DNA of 25,764 nt from Candidatus Xenobia bacterium. GTDB lineage: Bacteria; Vulcanimicrobiota; Xenobia; Xenobiales; QWHO01. This document shows, piece after piece, positions 16,030 to 23,584 of the stretch. The first letter of the stretch is position 1; every line of letters starts with the position of its first letter. The stretch spans positions 1 through 25,764 of the forward strand of contig BTUM01000102.1 of NCBI GenBank assembly GCA_045863235.1, written 5' to 3'. The translations under genes and the position numbers were made by a program. The notes under the pieces are model-generated. The model was not told the origin of the DNA and searched no databases. It was given only the letters and a program-made list of their open reading frames with translations.

Positions 16030-17034
16030 ATGAACGTCCAGATGGTCCAGGCAATGCCCCTTCAGGCCGCATCCCGGCGCCCGGCAGCTCGTCCGAGCGA
16101 GACCGGGTCCGAATCCGGCGACCGGGTCAATATCGGCTTTAAAGCCGGCGGAGCCGTGGGCGCCATGTATGGGGCCCGGGTGGGCCGGGCCGCCCTGGTG
16201 GCCGGAGCCTCGGCCGCGGCGGGCACGGTGGCTTCTTCGCTGGGCCTGGGCGGCTGGGGCGTGGGAGTGGCGGCAGTGCTGGGCCTGGCCGGAGGCGCCT
16301 TCCTGGAGTATCGCACCGGCGCCGGCCGCTTCGCCGGAGCCATGGCCGGCGGGACCCTGGGAGCCGGAGTGGGCAAGCTGGCCGAGACAGCCGGCTGGAA
16401 GCCCTCCGAGAAACTCCAGCAGGTCACCCGCAACTTCTCCCTGAGCGAGCTCCCGAGCCATCTGCGTAGCCGCACCCACACCAGTAACCCGCAGCTTCGC
16501 CACAACCCCGAGGCCGTGGAGGCGCTCAAGAACGCCCAACCGGGCGACATCCTGATGGTGCAGGACGAGAACCTGTTTGCCGGAGCCACCACCTACCAGC
16601 GTCTGGGAGGAGCCTCGGGCGACTACACCCACCTGGGCGTGGTCTCGGATACAGGCACCCTGATCGACGTGATGCAGAACGACTGGAAGGAGAAGCCTCT
16701 CGACTTCTGGCTGCGCTGCACCAACATGGCCATCGTCCGCCCGCGCTACGAGAATACCGCCAGCGCCTGGCGCGTGGTGGATGGCCTGCGCGAGGACCGC
16801 AAGACCGTGCGCTTCGACCCGGGCTTCGACCTCAAGACCGACGACCTCCAGTATTGCGGGGAGTTCGCGCTCAAGGGCCTGCGCAAGTACGCTCCCGAGA
16901 TCAAAGTGGAGACCAGCTCTCGGCTGGGCTACGAGTTCGTGACCGCCGACAACTTCCTGGCCTCACCCGACGTGGACGTGATCTACGACTCGGGTAGCAA
17001 GCACTGGTACAACCAGGTCAGCCGCTTCGCCTGA
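16030..17034 (+). CDS. YiiX/YebB-like permuted papain-fold (NlpC/P60) cysteine hydrolase with N-terminal glycine-zipper region
   Basis: AQPGDILM, DYTHLGV, AIVRP and FD...FD...QYCGEF give the His-before-Cys order of the permuted family. GxxxG-rich hydrophobic N-terminal segment. Confidence 0.85.
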   Translation: MNVQMVQAMPLQAASRRPAARPSETGSESGDRVNIGFKAGGAVGAMYGARVGRAALVAGASAAAGTVASSLGLGGWGVGVAAVLGLAGGAFLEYRTGAGRFAGAMAGGTLGAGVGKLAETAGWKPSEKLQQVTRNFSLSELPSHLRSRTHTSNPQLRHNPEAVEALKNAQPGDILMVQDENLFAGATTYQRLGGASGDYTHLGVVSDTGTLIDVMQNDWKEKPLDFWLRCTNMAIVRPRYENTASAWRVVDGLREDRKTVRFDPGFDLKTDDLQYCGEFALKGLRKYAPEIKVETSSRLGYEFVTADNFLASPDVDVIYDSGSKHWYNQVSRFA

Positions 17035-17037
17035 CGG

Positions 17038-17436
17038 TCACCCGAAGAGCTTCAGCTCAGGGAAATAGGTGCGAAAGTATCCTGAGTCACGGGTCAAGAG
17101 CCGATCGCTCTGAATCTGGGCGTGGGCACCGATCAGAAAGTCTGCCAGCACACGCTGACGAGAACCTCCCCGGGAGCGATACGCCTTCCAGGCCGCTCCT
17201 GCCCTCAGGGCCGCCTCGCGCTCGAGGGCCTGATACTGCAATCCGATCGCTTCCAGGGCGGCGAGCGCCTGATTGGAATCGGGGAAAAATCCCACAACCT
17301 CGGACCAGACAGCTTCACAGGCGACCAGACTTCCCTGGCTGCGGGCTTGAATCAACCACCGGCGCGAGACCTGTCCGAAGGTCGGGTCAGCTCCCAGGAC
17401 GTCTAGCAGCACATTGGTATCGACCGCGGTAATCAC
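17038..17436 (-). CDS. vapC: VapC-family PIN-domain toxin
   Basis: AVDTNVLLD, VWSEV, LADFLIGAHA and LLTRD. GTGA overlap with the antitoxin. Confidence 0.93.
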   Translation of the reverse strand: MITAVDTNVLLDVLGADPTFGQVSRRWLIQARSQGSLVACEAVWSEVVGFFPDSNQALAALEAIGLQYQALEREAALRAGAAWKAYRSRGGSRQRVLADFLIGAHAQIQSDRLLTRDSGYFRTYFPELKLFG

Positions 17437-17669
17437 CAGTCGACAGCATCCACCGGGCCTCGCAAATCCCTCATGAGCTCGTCGGTCGGCTGACCCAATC
17501 GGAGAATGCCGTAGACCCGATCCACCGGATCGGTGGCCGGCCTCTTGGTTGCGATCAGACGGCCGTTCTCCTCGAAGAAGTCCAACACTTCACCGGGCGC
17601 GATGCCAAGTCGATCGCGAAGCTTTTTCGGGATCGTCACCTGGCCTCTTTCCGAAACGACTGCTTTCAT
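17433..17669 (-). CDS. vapB: AbrB/MazE/SpoVT-family antitoxin (VapB)
   Basis: VSERGQVTIPKKLRDRLGIAPGEVLDF signature; 78 aa. Confidence 0.92.
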   Translation of the reverse strand: MKAVVSERGQVTIPKKLRDRLGIAPGEVLDFFEENGRLIATKRPATDPVDRVYGILRLGQPTDELMRDLRGPVDAVDW

Positions 17670-17703
17670 ACTTTCATGATAAGAATTCCGACTTCAAAGT
17701 CAA
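17670..17703 (-). promoter_or_regulatory. Sigma70-type promoter of TA operon 2, probably leaderless
   Basis: Minus strand: TTGACT (17703-17698, containing the kinase stop codon), 16 nt, TATCAT (17681-17676), 6 nt, ATG (17669). An ATGAAAG direct repeat spans the start. Confidence 0.65.
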
Positions 17704-20012
17704 GACGACTCCTGACGGGGCAGCAAGACCTCGGCCACCTCCTCGCCGCTGCGCCTCCAGATCTGGGTCACGCTGCCGGCCGCCGGCAAGCTCTCCAACA
17801 AGGCCACCGCCCCTTCACAGTGATGCTCGCGCAGCAGCTCGTGGGTACCCGGGTCGTCTTCCAGGGCTACGGCCGGGTGGTCCTCGGGACAGTGGCGGGC
17901 CAGGGCGGCCAGCAAACGCTCGCGGTCGACCGGTTTGCTCAGGTACTCGCTGGCACCCTGCTCACGGGCCCGCTCGGGATGGTCGAGCACCGTCACCATG
18001 ACCACCGGAATGCCGGCCGTAGCCGGATCCTCCTTGAGCTGGCGCAGCACCTCCCAACCGTCCATGCCGGGCATGGAGATGTCCAGCGTCACCAGCGCAG
18101 GCTTGCCTTCCCGGGCCAACTTCAACCCCTCGGGGCCGCTGGCGGCCAGCACCGGTCGATACCCCCCGCGCGCGAGCAGGTGCTCGAGGTAGCGAAGGGC
18201 CGAGGGGTCGTCGTCGATGCAGAGCACCTCGGCCCCGTCGGGCAAAGGCTCGGCCCGGGGGGCCTCCAGGCCGCTGGGCAAAAAGAGGCGGAAGGTGCTG
18301 CCCTGGCCGGGCTGGCTCTCGACCTCCAGCGCTCCCCCCATCATCTCGGCAAAGCGCCGGCCCAGCGTCAGCCCCAGCCCGGTCCCTCCATAGTGGCGGG
18401 TCGTCGAGTTGTCGGCCTGGGTGAACTCCTCGAACACCTTGCTCATCTGCTCGGCAGTCATGCCGATCCCGGTGTCGCGCACCGCGAACTCGAGCGACTC
18501 CTGGTGGCGCCAGGTGGTGCGCCGCACGGCCAGCTCCACCAGACCGTTCTCGGTGAACTTGCAGGCGTTGGACAGCAAGTTGTAGAGAATCTGGCGCACC
18601 TTGGTCCGGTCGGCCCGCATGCTGCCCAGATTGCCTGAGGCCTCCAGCTGGAAACGATTCTTGTTCTTCTCCACCAGGGGCGGGATGGTGCTGGCCACGT
18701 CCTCCACCACGTCCCGGACCGCAAAGAGCTCGGCGTAGAGGGTCATCTTGCCGGCCTCGATCTTGCTCAGGTCGAGCACGTCGGCGATGAGGGCCAGGAG
18801 GTGCTTGCCGGCCGTGCGAATGCGCTGCAGGTCGGGGATGAAGTCGGCCGGGCCGTCCTCCTCGGCCATCTCGATCAGCATCTCGCTGTAGCCGATGATG
18901 GCGTTCATCGGGGTGCGCAGCTCGTGGCTCATGTTAGCCAGGAAAGCGCTCTTGGCCTCATTGGCGGCCAGCGCCTGGTCGCGAGCCACCTTGAGCTGGT
19001 CCAGATTCTCTTGAATGGCTCGCGCCATGGCCTCGAAGGCCCGGGCCAGGTCGCCGATCTCGTCGGGTCGGGACGTGTCGCAGTGCACCACCCGGTCGCC
19101 GCTGGCCAGGCGGTGCGCTTGCTCGGCCAGCGACTCGAGCGGTCTGGTCAGGCGCCGAGCCCAGAACACAGCCGTGACCCCCGACACCGTGCCGACCACC
19201 AGCACCATCAGCAAGCAGAAGCCGATCAGGTTGTCGAGCGGGGCCATCAGGGCGGTCCGATCCGTCTCAGCGATGACCCGCCAGCCGGGCTGGTCGACCG
19301 AGTGCCAGGCGCCTACCGAGGGGATTCCCCCCGTGTTGGGGTAGCCCCCCAGATCGAGGCCGAAACCTCCGGACGGGGCCGTAAGGGTCTGACCCGGCCG
19401 GTACAGACCATCGGCCGTCGTCAGGGCCCGGTTCTGGCCATCCACCAGAAAGACTCGCATCCGGTTGGAATCCAGACCCGGGGTGCGGTTCTCGGTCAAG
19501 AGCAGCGTCTCCAGCCCGGAGCGGTCCACCTCCACCTGCACCTCGCCGAGCTGGCCCACCTCGCCCAGCACCTGCGAGTTCAGACTCAGCTCGTCACCCG
19601 CGGGGAGCTTCTGACCGATGCGCTCCAGACGAGTCGAGTAGGCGATGGTGCCATCGGCTCCCGCCAGGCTCAGGTCGGCGATCCAGGGGAAAGACTCCTG
19701 CAGGGTCTGCATCTGGCGGTGCAGCCGGAACATGGCCAGGTAGTATTGCTCGCTCTCAGGAGGAAAGTCGCCCAGGCTGGCCAGGCCCTCGCGCACGCCC
19801 GAAGACTGGCCGATCGACTCGACCACGGCCCGCCTCTCGGCCAGCCAGTCCTCGACCTGGTCGGCGCTCTGCTCGGCCAGCATGGTAAGCTGCAACCCGT
19901 ACTCAGCCTTCTGGCGCTCGCGCAGCTGCCAGAACAAGAGTGCCCCCATGACCAGCACCGGCAGCACGGCCGCCCCCAGTACCAGGAACAGGAGCTGGCG
20001 GTGAAACTTCAC
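17700..20012 (-). CDS. Hybrid membrane sensor histidine kinase (TM - periplasmic Cache-like - TM - HAMP - HisKA - HATPase - REC, plus vestigial second REC)
   Basis: Two TM segments, HAMP ([12 protein letters not shown]), [40 protein letters not shown] and REC ([19 protein letters not shown]). GTG 20012 overlaps the upstream TGA (GTGA). Confidence 0.93.
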   Translation of the reverse strand: MKFHRQLLFLVLGAAVLPVLVMGALLFWQLRERQKAEYGLQLTMLAEQSADQVEDWLAERRAVVESIGQSSGVREGLASLGDFPPESEQYYLAMFRLHRQMQTLQESFPWIADLSLAGADGTIAYSTRLERIGQKLPAGDELSLNSQVLGEVGQLGEVQVEVDRSGLETLLLTENRTPGLDSNRMRVFLVDGQNRALTTADGLYRPGQTLTAPSGGFGLDLGGYPNTGGIPSVGAWHSVDQPGWRVIAETDRTALMAPLDNLIGFCLLMVLVVGTVSGVTAVFWARRLTRPLESLAEQAHRLASGDRVVHCDTSRPDEIGDLARAFEAMARAIQENLDQLKVARDQALAANEAKSAFLANMSHELRTPMNAIIGYSEMLIEMAEEDGPADFIPDLQRIRTAGKHLLALIADVLDLSKIEAGKMTLYAELFAVRDVVEDVASTIPPLVEKNKNRFQLEASGNLGSMRADRTKVRQILYNLLSNACKFTENGLVELAVRRTTWRHQESLEFAVRDTGIGMTAEQMSKVFEEFTQADNSTTRHYGGTGLGLTLGRRFAEMMGGALEVESQPGQGSTFRLFLPSGLEAPRAEPLPDGAEVLCIDDDPSALRYLEHLLARGGYRPVLAASGPEGLKLAREGKPALVTLDISMPGMDGWEVLRQLKEDPATAGIPVVMVTVLDHPERAREQGASEYLSKPVDRERLLAALARHCPEDHPAVALEDDPGTHELLREHHCEGAVALLESLPAAGSVTQIWRRSGEEVAEVLLPRQESS

Positions 20013-21190
20013 TCGAGAAAGCCGCCCCGGTTGAGGTCTGGATAAGGCTCGGGGCGAATGGGCTGCTCGGAGGTCCACAGGATCTGGAACTGACCATCGG
20101 GCAGGATCTGCCCGATGCGGGCCACCTTCCAGGTGTGCTGATTCTCAGGATCGATGCGCACCAGGCCGGAGGGGGCCTCGAAGATCAGGCCACCGGCCGC
20201 TTTGCGGACCCGCTCGATGACGGTGCTGCCGGCTTTGCGCACCGCCAGGGCGTAAAGGTGCACCCCGAAGTAAGCCGCCTCCACCGGATCATCGGTCACC
20301 CGGTTGGCCCCGAAATGCCGGCGATAGGTCTCCACGAAACGGCGATTGGAGCGATAGGTCAGGCTCTGGAAATAGTTCCAGGCGCACAGGTGCCCCACCG
20401 GCAGAGCCTCGCCCATGCTCTGCAGCTCGACCTCGGCCAGGCTGAAGGACATCACCGTGGGCTTACCCGGCGCCAGAGCGCGCGACTTGAGCTCGCGAAA
20501 GAAAGCCAGGTTGCTGTCGCCGTTGATGGTGTTGAGCACCACATCGGGTCGAGCGGCCACGATCTGGTCCACGACCTGCTTCCAGTCGCGGTCGCCCAGA
20601 GGGCGATAGACCTCTCCCACCGTCTGCCCGCCCAGCTTCTTGAGCCGCTGGCGGATGATCTCGTTGGCGGTGCGCGGGAAGATGTAGTCCGAGCCCACCA
20701 AGAACATGCGCTTGCCCCGATGGCGCAGGCACCACTCCACGGCCGGCAGGATCTGCTGGTTGGGGGCGGCGCCGGTGTAGATGACGTGGGGCGAGCTCTC
20801 AAAGCCCTCATACTGCACGGGATACCAGAGCAGGTGGCTGTGCCGCTCGAGCACGGGCAGGACGGCTTTGCGGCTGGCCGAGGTCCAGCAGCCAAAGATC
20901 GTGACGACCTTCTCCCTGGTGATCAGGCGCTCGGCCTCGCGGGCGAAGACCTGTGGGTCGGAAGCTCCGTCCGCCTCGATGGCCACCAGCTTCTTGCCCA
21001 GCACCCCGCCGGCCGCATTGACCTCCTCGATGGCCAGCCGGGCGGCATCGATCAGCGGCTTCTCGCTCAGGGCCATGGAGCCGGTGCTGGAGTGCAGAAG
21101 GCCGACCCGGATGGTGTCCGGCTCGGCCGCCCCGGCCCACCAGGGCAGGGCCAGGCAGAAGATCAACAAGAGCAGGATACGTCTGGTCAG
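20009..21190 (-). CDS. urtA: UrtA/AmiC/FmdD-family urea/short-chain amide substrate-binding protein
   Basis: [69 protein letters not shown] and AWNYFQS. Start is uncertain (CTG 21190 or TTG 21169). Confidence 0.9.
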   Translation of the reverse strand: MTRRILLLLIFCLALPWWAGAAEPDTIRVGLLHSSTGSMALSEKPLIDAARLAIEEVNAAGGVLGKKLVAIEADGASDPQVFAREAERLITREKVVTIFGCWTSASRKAVLPVLERHSHLLWYPVQYEGFESSPHVIYTGAAPNQQILPAVEWCLRHRGKRMFLVGSDYIFPRTANEIIRQRLKKLGGQTVGEVYRPLGDRDWKQVVDQIVAARPDVVLNTINGDSNLAFFRELKSRALAPGKPTVMSFSLAEVELQSMGEALPVGHLCAWNYFQSLTYRSNRRFVETYRRHFGANRVTDDPVEAAYFGVHLYALAVRKAGSTVIERVRKAAGGLIFEAPSGLVRIDPENQHTWKVARIGQILPDGQFQILWTSEQPIRPEPYPDLNRGGFLE

Positions 21191-21233
21191 AGACTTTGAG
21201 TTTCCCGCGCCCTGGTCTTAGCCCTGCCGACAA

Positions 21234-21268
21234 GCGCGACGAGCCGGCCCTGACGGACCGGCTCGCGC
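21234..21268 (-). terminator. GC-rich hairpin downstream of pspA-like gene (probable intrinsic terminator)
   Basis: Stem CGAGCCGG (21240-21247) / CCGGCTCG (21258-21265), extendable with GCGCG. It lies ~27 nt after the stop and has only a weak U-tract. Confidence 0.55.
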
Positions 21269-21294
21269 AGTTGAGGTCGGTTGAAAGACGGTGA

Positions 21295-22008
21295 CTAGTT
21301 GCTGATGTTCCAGCCGCCGATGCTGGCGGTGGGGGTGCTGGCGGGCGGGGCGCCGTTGCCGGCGGCCGCGAGGTACTTGTCCATCTCGGCCTGGGCGGCG
21401 GCATCGCGCTCCTGCTTGGCCCACTTGGCTTCCTGGTTGACGCCGCTCAGCTCGCCGATGGTGGTGGCTTCCTGCTCGCGGCCGATGACGTCGCGCTCGA
21501 GCTTGGTGAGGCTCTCGCCGTTGCCGATGCCGGCCGCGGCCTTGGCCACGTCTTCCTTGGCGTTGGCAACCTGGTTGCGGGCCACGAGCATGTCGGCCTT
21601 GGCGCGGGCGGCCTGGGCTTCGTTCTGCTGGTCGCGGGCCAGGTCCTTGGCCTCATTGAGGTGACCCTTGCTGGCTTCGATGGCGGCCGTCAACTCGGCA
21701 ACCTGCTTGTCGTAAATCTGCTTCTGGCCGACGGCCTCCTTGAGAGCGTCCATGTCCTTGTTGCCGGCGGCAATCTTGGCGCGGCCGTCCCACTTGGCCT
21801 GGTTCTTCTTGGCTTCGCCCAGGTCGAACTCCATCCGGCCGATGGCGCCGGCTTCCTTGGCGGCCGCGGTGCTGATGGTCACGGCTTCCTTCTGCTCCTG
21901 AGCCACGGCCTTCTCGGCGCGGGACTCGATGTCTTTGTCACGGGCCTTCTTCGTGCGCGTGTTCAGCCAGTCGATCGCTCCACCTACGGCGTCCTTGATG
22001 AAACCCAT
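21295..22008 (-). CDS. PspA/IM30 (bacterial ESCRT-III-like) family protein
   Basis: Strong RBS GAGGAGG. N-terminal amphipathic MGFIKD..., coiled coil with KWDGRAKIAAGNKDMDALKEAV, LVARNQVANA and LTKLERDV...EQEA. 237 aa; divergent from canonical PspA. Confidence 0.75.
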   Translation of the reverse strand: MGFIKDAVGGAIDWLNTRTKKARDKDIESRAEKAVAQEQKEAVTISTAAAKEAGAIGRMEFDLGEAKKNQAKWDGRAKIAAGNKDMDALKEAVGQKQIYDKQVAELTAAIEASKGHLNEAKDLARDQQNEAQAARAKADMLVARNQVANAKEDVAKAAAGIGNGESLTKLERDVIGREQEATTIGELSGVNQEAKWAKQERDAAAQAEMDKYLAAAGNGAPPASTPTASIGGWNISN

Positions 22009-22064
22009 TGTACTCGTCCTCCTCAAACTGCTCCGGTGATGTTCCGGTTTTACTGCTCACCCGC

Positions 22065-22097
22065 ACTTTACCAGGGGGGGCTGAAAAGAACTTTAAA
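22065..22097 (-). promoter_or_regulatory. Degenerate copy of the TTTCAG repeat/-10 promoter upstream of the pspA-like gene
   Basis: Minus strand: TTTAAA gttct TTTCAG (22086-22081) ccccccctgg TAAAGT (22070-22065). Same 10-nt gap to a TAnnnT box. Confidence 0.5.
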
Positions 22098-22313
22098 GGA
22101 AAGGGGGTGGGAAAAGATTTTTTCTCCGGCTATCCCAGGGAACGCTTGGCGGCCGGAACCATGCGGATTTGAGCCTTGTTCCACGGATCGGGAGGTCATC
22201 GCAGCAAAGTGCCGCCGCTTGGCGTCCTGATCTGCAGCCCGGGGGCCCCGGTGAGGTCAGGCTGTGTCTTATCCTCCCTCGCATAAACTGTGCAATGAAT
22301 TCTCAACAGGTTG

Positions 22314-22408
22314 AACTTCGTCGCATCGCCCGTGCCACAACACTTTGGAAGCGGTTCGAAACAAGTTTCTCACCGCACGTTACGTGGCACGGTCAATGCG
22401 ACGAAGTT
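22314..22408. repeat. 95-nt imperfect inverted repeat / rod-like hairpin
   Basis: Arms 22314-22338 (AACTTCGTCGCATCGCCCGTGCCAC) and 22384-22408 (GTGGCACGGTCAATGCGACGAAGTT) are 23/25 complementary. Inner stems GCGGT/ACCGC and GAAAC/GTTTC. Confidence 0.85.
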
Positions 22409-22420
22409 AGCCGGCCAGGA

Positions 22421-23581
22421 TTACGGCTCGTCGTCCGGATTCTCGTCGCACCACCCCTCCTGCTCGTCGTCCTGGTCGAAGTTGCCTCTCACACTGAACG
22501 ACCATGTCAGCTCGGCGGTACCGGGAAACGCGTCCTCGTTTCCTATGGTGGGCACAACGAGATGAGCTTGATAGTGGCCAGGGGCTAACGCGTGCGGGAA
22601 GCGAGCCTCCAGGCGAAGTCTTTCAAACGGCTTGCCCAGCCTGGGATTGGGATTGATCCGACAGCCGACCTTGAGGTAAGGAACAAGATCGAACCCATTC
22701 ACCGAGAGCCGAATGCGATCAAGGTCCACCTGGCGGTAGCGATAGTCGCCGACCACGGTCTCGATCCGGAAGCGCGGTCGCGGTCCCCGGGCTTTGTGCG
22801 GCCTGGGAGACATGATGCGCACGGTCGGTGTGATGTCTGGAAGATTGTCGAGCAAGGGCGGGTCAGCAAGTAAGGACATCCTTAGATCTTGGATGGATGA
22901 AAGGCTATTTAAGGGAAAGTTCTCCCGCATGAAACGGACAAGATTGCGCCTTCCGTTTGGAAAGGATTCGCGTTGCTCGAAGTACAGGGACTCGCACACC
23001 CCGTAGAAGGTTGCGGAAAGCTCGTCATAGTAACCTCCTGCGGGAATCGACACGATTCTCTTCCGCTTCCCGTTCAGTACATCCAGGCAATCGACCCCGG
23101 TCACGCTCAGCAGGTAAGAGCGCTCGAGATTATCCCTCTCGAGTCCACGGGCACTGGTATGCGCGATAATCCCCATCTCAGCACGCACGGCATAGGCGGT
23201 TCCCGGGAATCCCTCCCTGATCCTTTGATACTGCGCCAGCACCTCGTTTCGAGTCGCCTCGTCCAAGGGAAACGGCACTTTCGGGTCGCTTCTCTGGCCG
23301 ATCGTACGCTCGCTGTAATAACGCTGAATACCGATGGCTAGCCTTTGCCTTGCCATGGCCTCGATCTCCGTATTCGCATGCTCTTGCGCAATCCGGGACA
23401 GTTCGGCCAGAGCTTCGGGCCAGTAATGAAATTCTATATAGCTGCCAACCTTCTCGAATATCTGGTTTGGGTCGGTCGAGCCCTGGCCAGTGACCTCACG
23501 GTGACCCGATAGAATCAAGAGCAACGTAAGAGCCAACGTCAAGAAGGACAGCGCGGCACCATGCCTGATTCTTCTGATCAC
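22421..23581 (-). CDS. Secreted TPR-like protein with conserved C-terminal beta-rich domain and acidic tail; paralog of 920-2053
   Basis: Signal-peptide-like N-terminus (RRIRH plus hydrophobic core), IAQEHANT and IREGFPGT TPR_6-like motifs. Shares SPR...GPRPR.R.ET.VGD.R..QVDL.RI...PYL...LR.EAR...PG..QAHLVV...LTW.F.V. D/E tail. Confidence 0.85.
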   Translation of the reverse strand: MIRRIRHGAALSFLTLALTLLLILSGHREVTGQGSTDPNQIFEKVGSYIEFHYWPEALAELSRIAQEHANTEIEAMARQRLAIGIQRYYSERTIGQRSDPKVPFPLDEATRNEVLAQYQRIREGFPGTAYAVRAEMGIIAHTSARGLERDNLERSYLLSVTGVDCLDVLNGKRKRIVSIPAGGYYDELSATFYGVCESLYFEQRESFPNGRRNLVRFMRENFPLNSLSSIQDLRMSLLADPPLLDNLPDITPTVRIMSPRPHKARGPRPRFRIETVVGDYRYRQVDLDRIRLSVNGFDLVPYLKVGCRINPNPRLGKPFERLRLEARFPHALAPGHYQAHLVVPTIGNEDAFPGTAELTWSFSVRGNFDQDDEQEGWCDENPDDEP

Positions 23582-23584
23582 AGG

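Noticed and set aside
15964..16632. N-terminal 223 codons of ORF 15598..16632-
   Set aside because: Antisense to the YiiX gene and its promoter; only the part from ATG 15963 looks like real coding sequence.
17676..21199. ORFs 17676..18638+, 18801..20045+ and 20135..21199+
   Set aside because: Antisense shadows of the hybrid kinase and UrtA-like genes.
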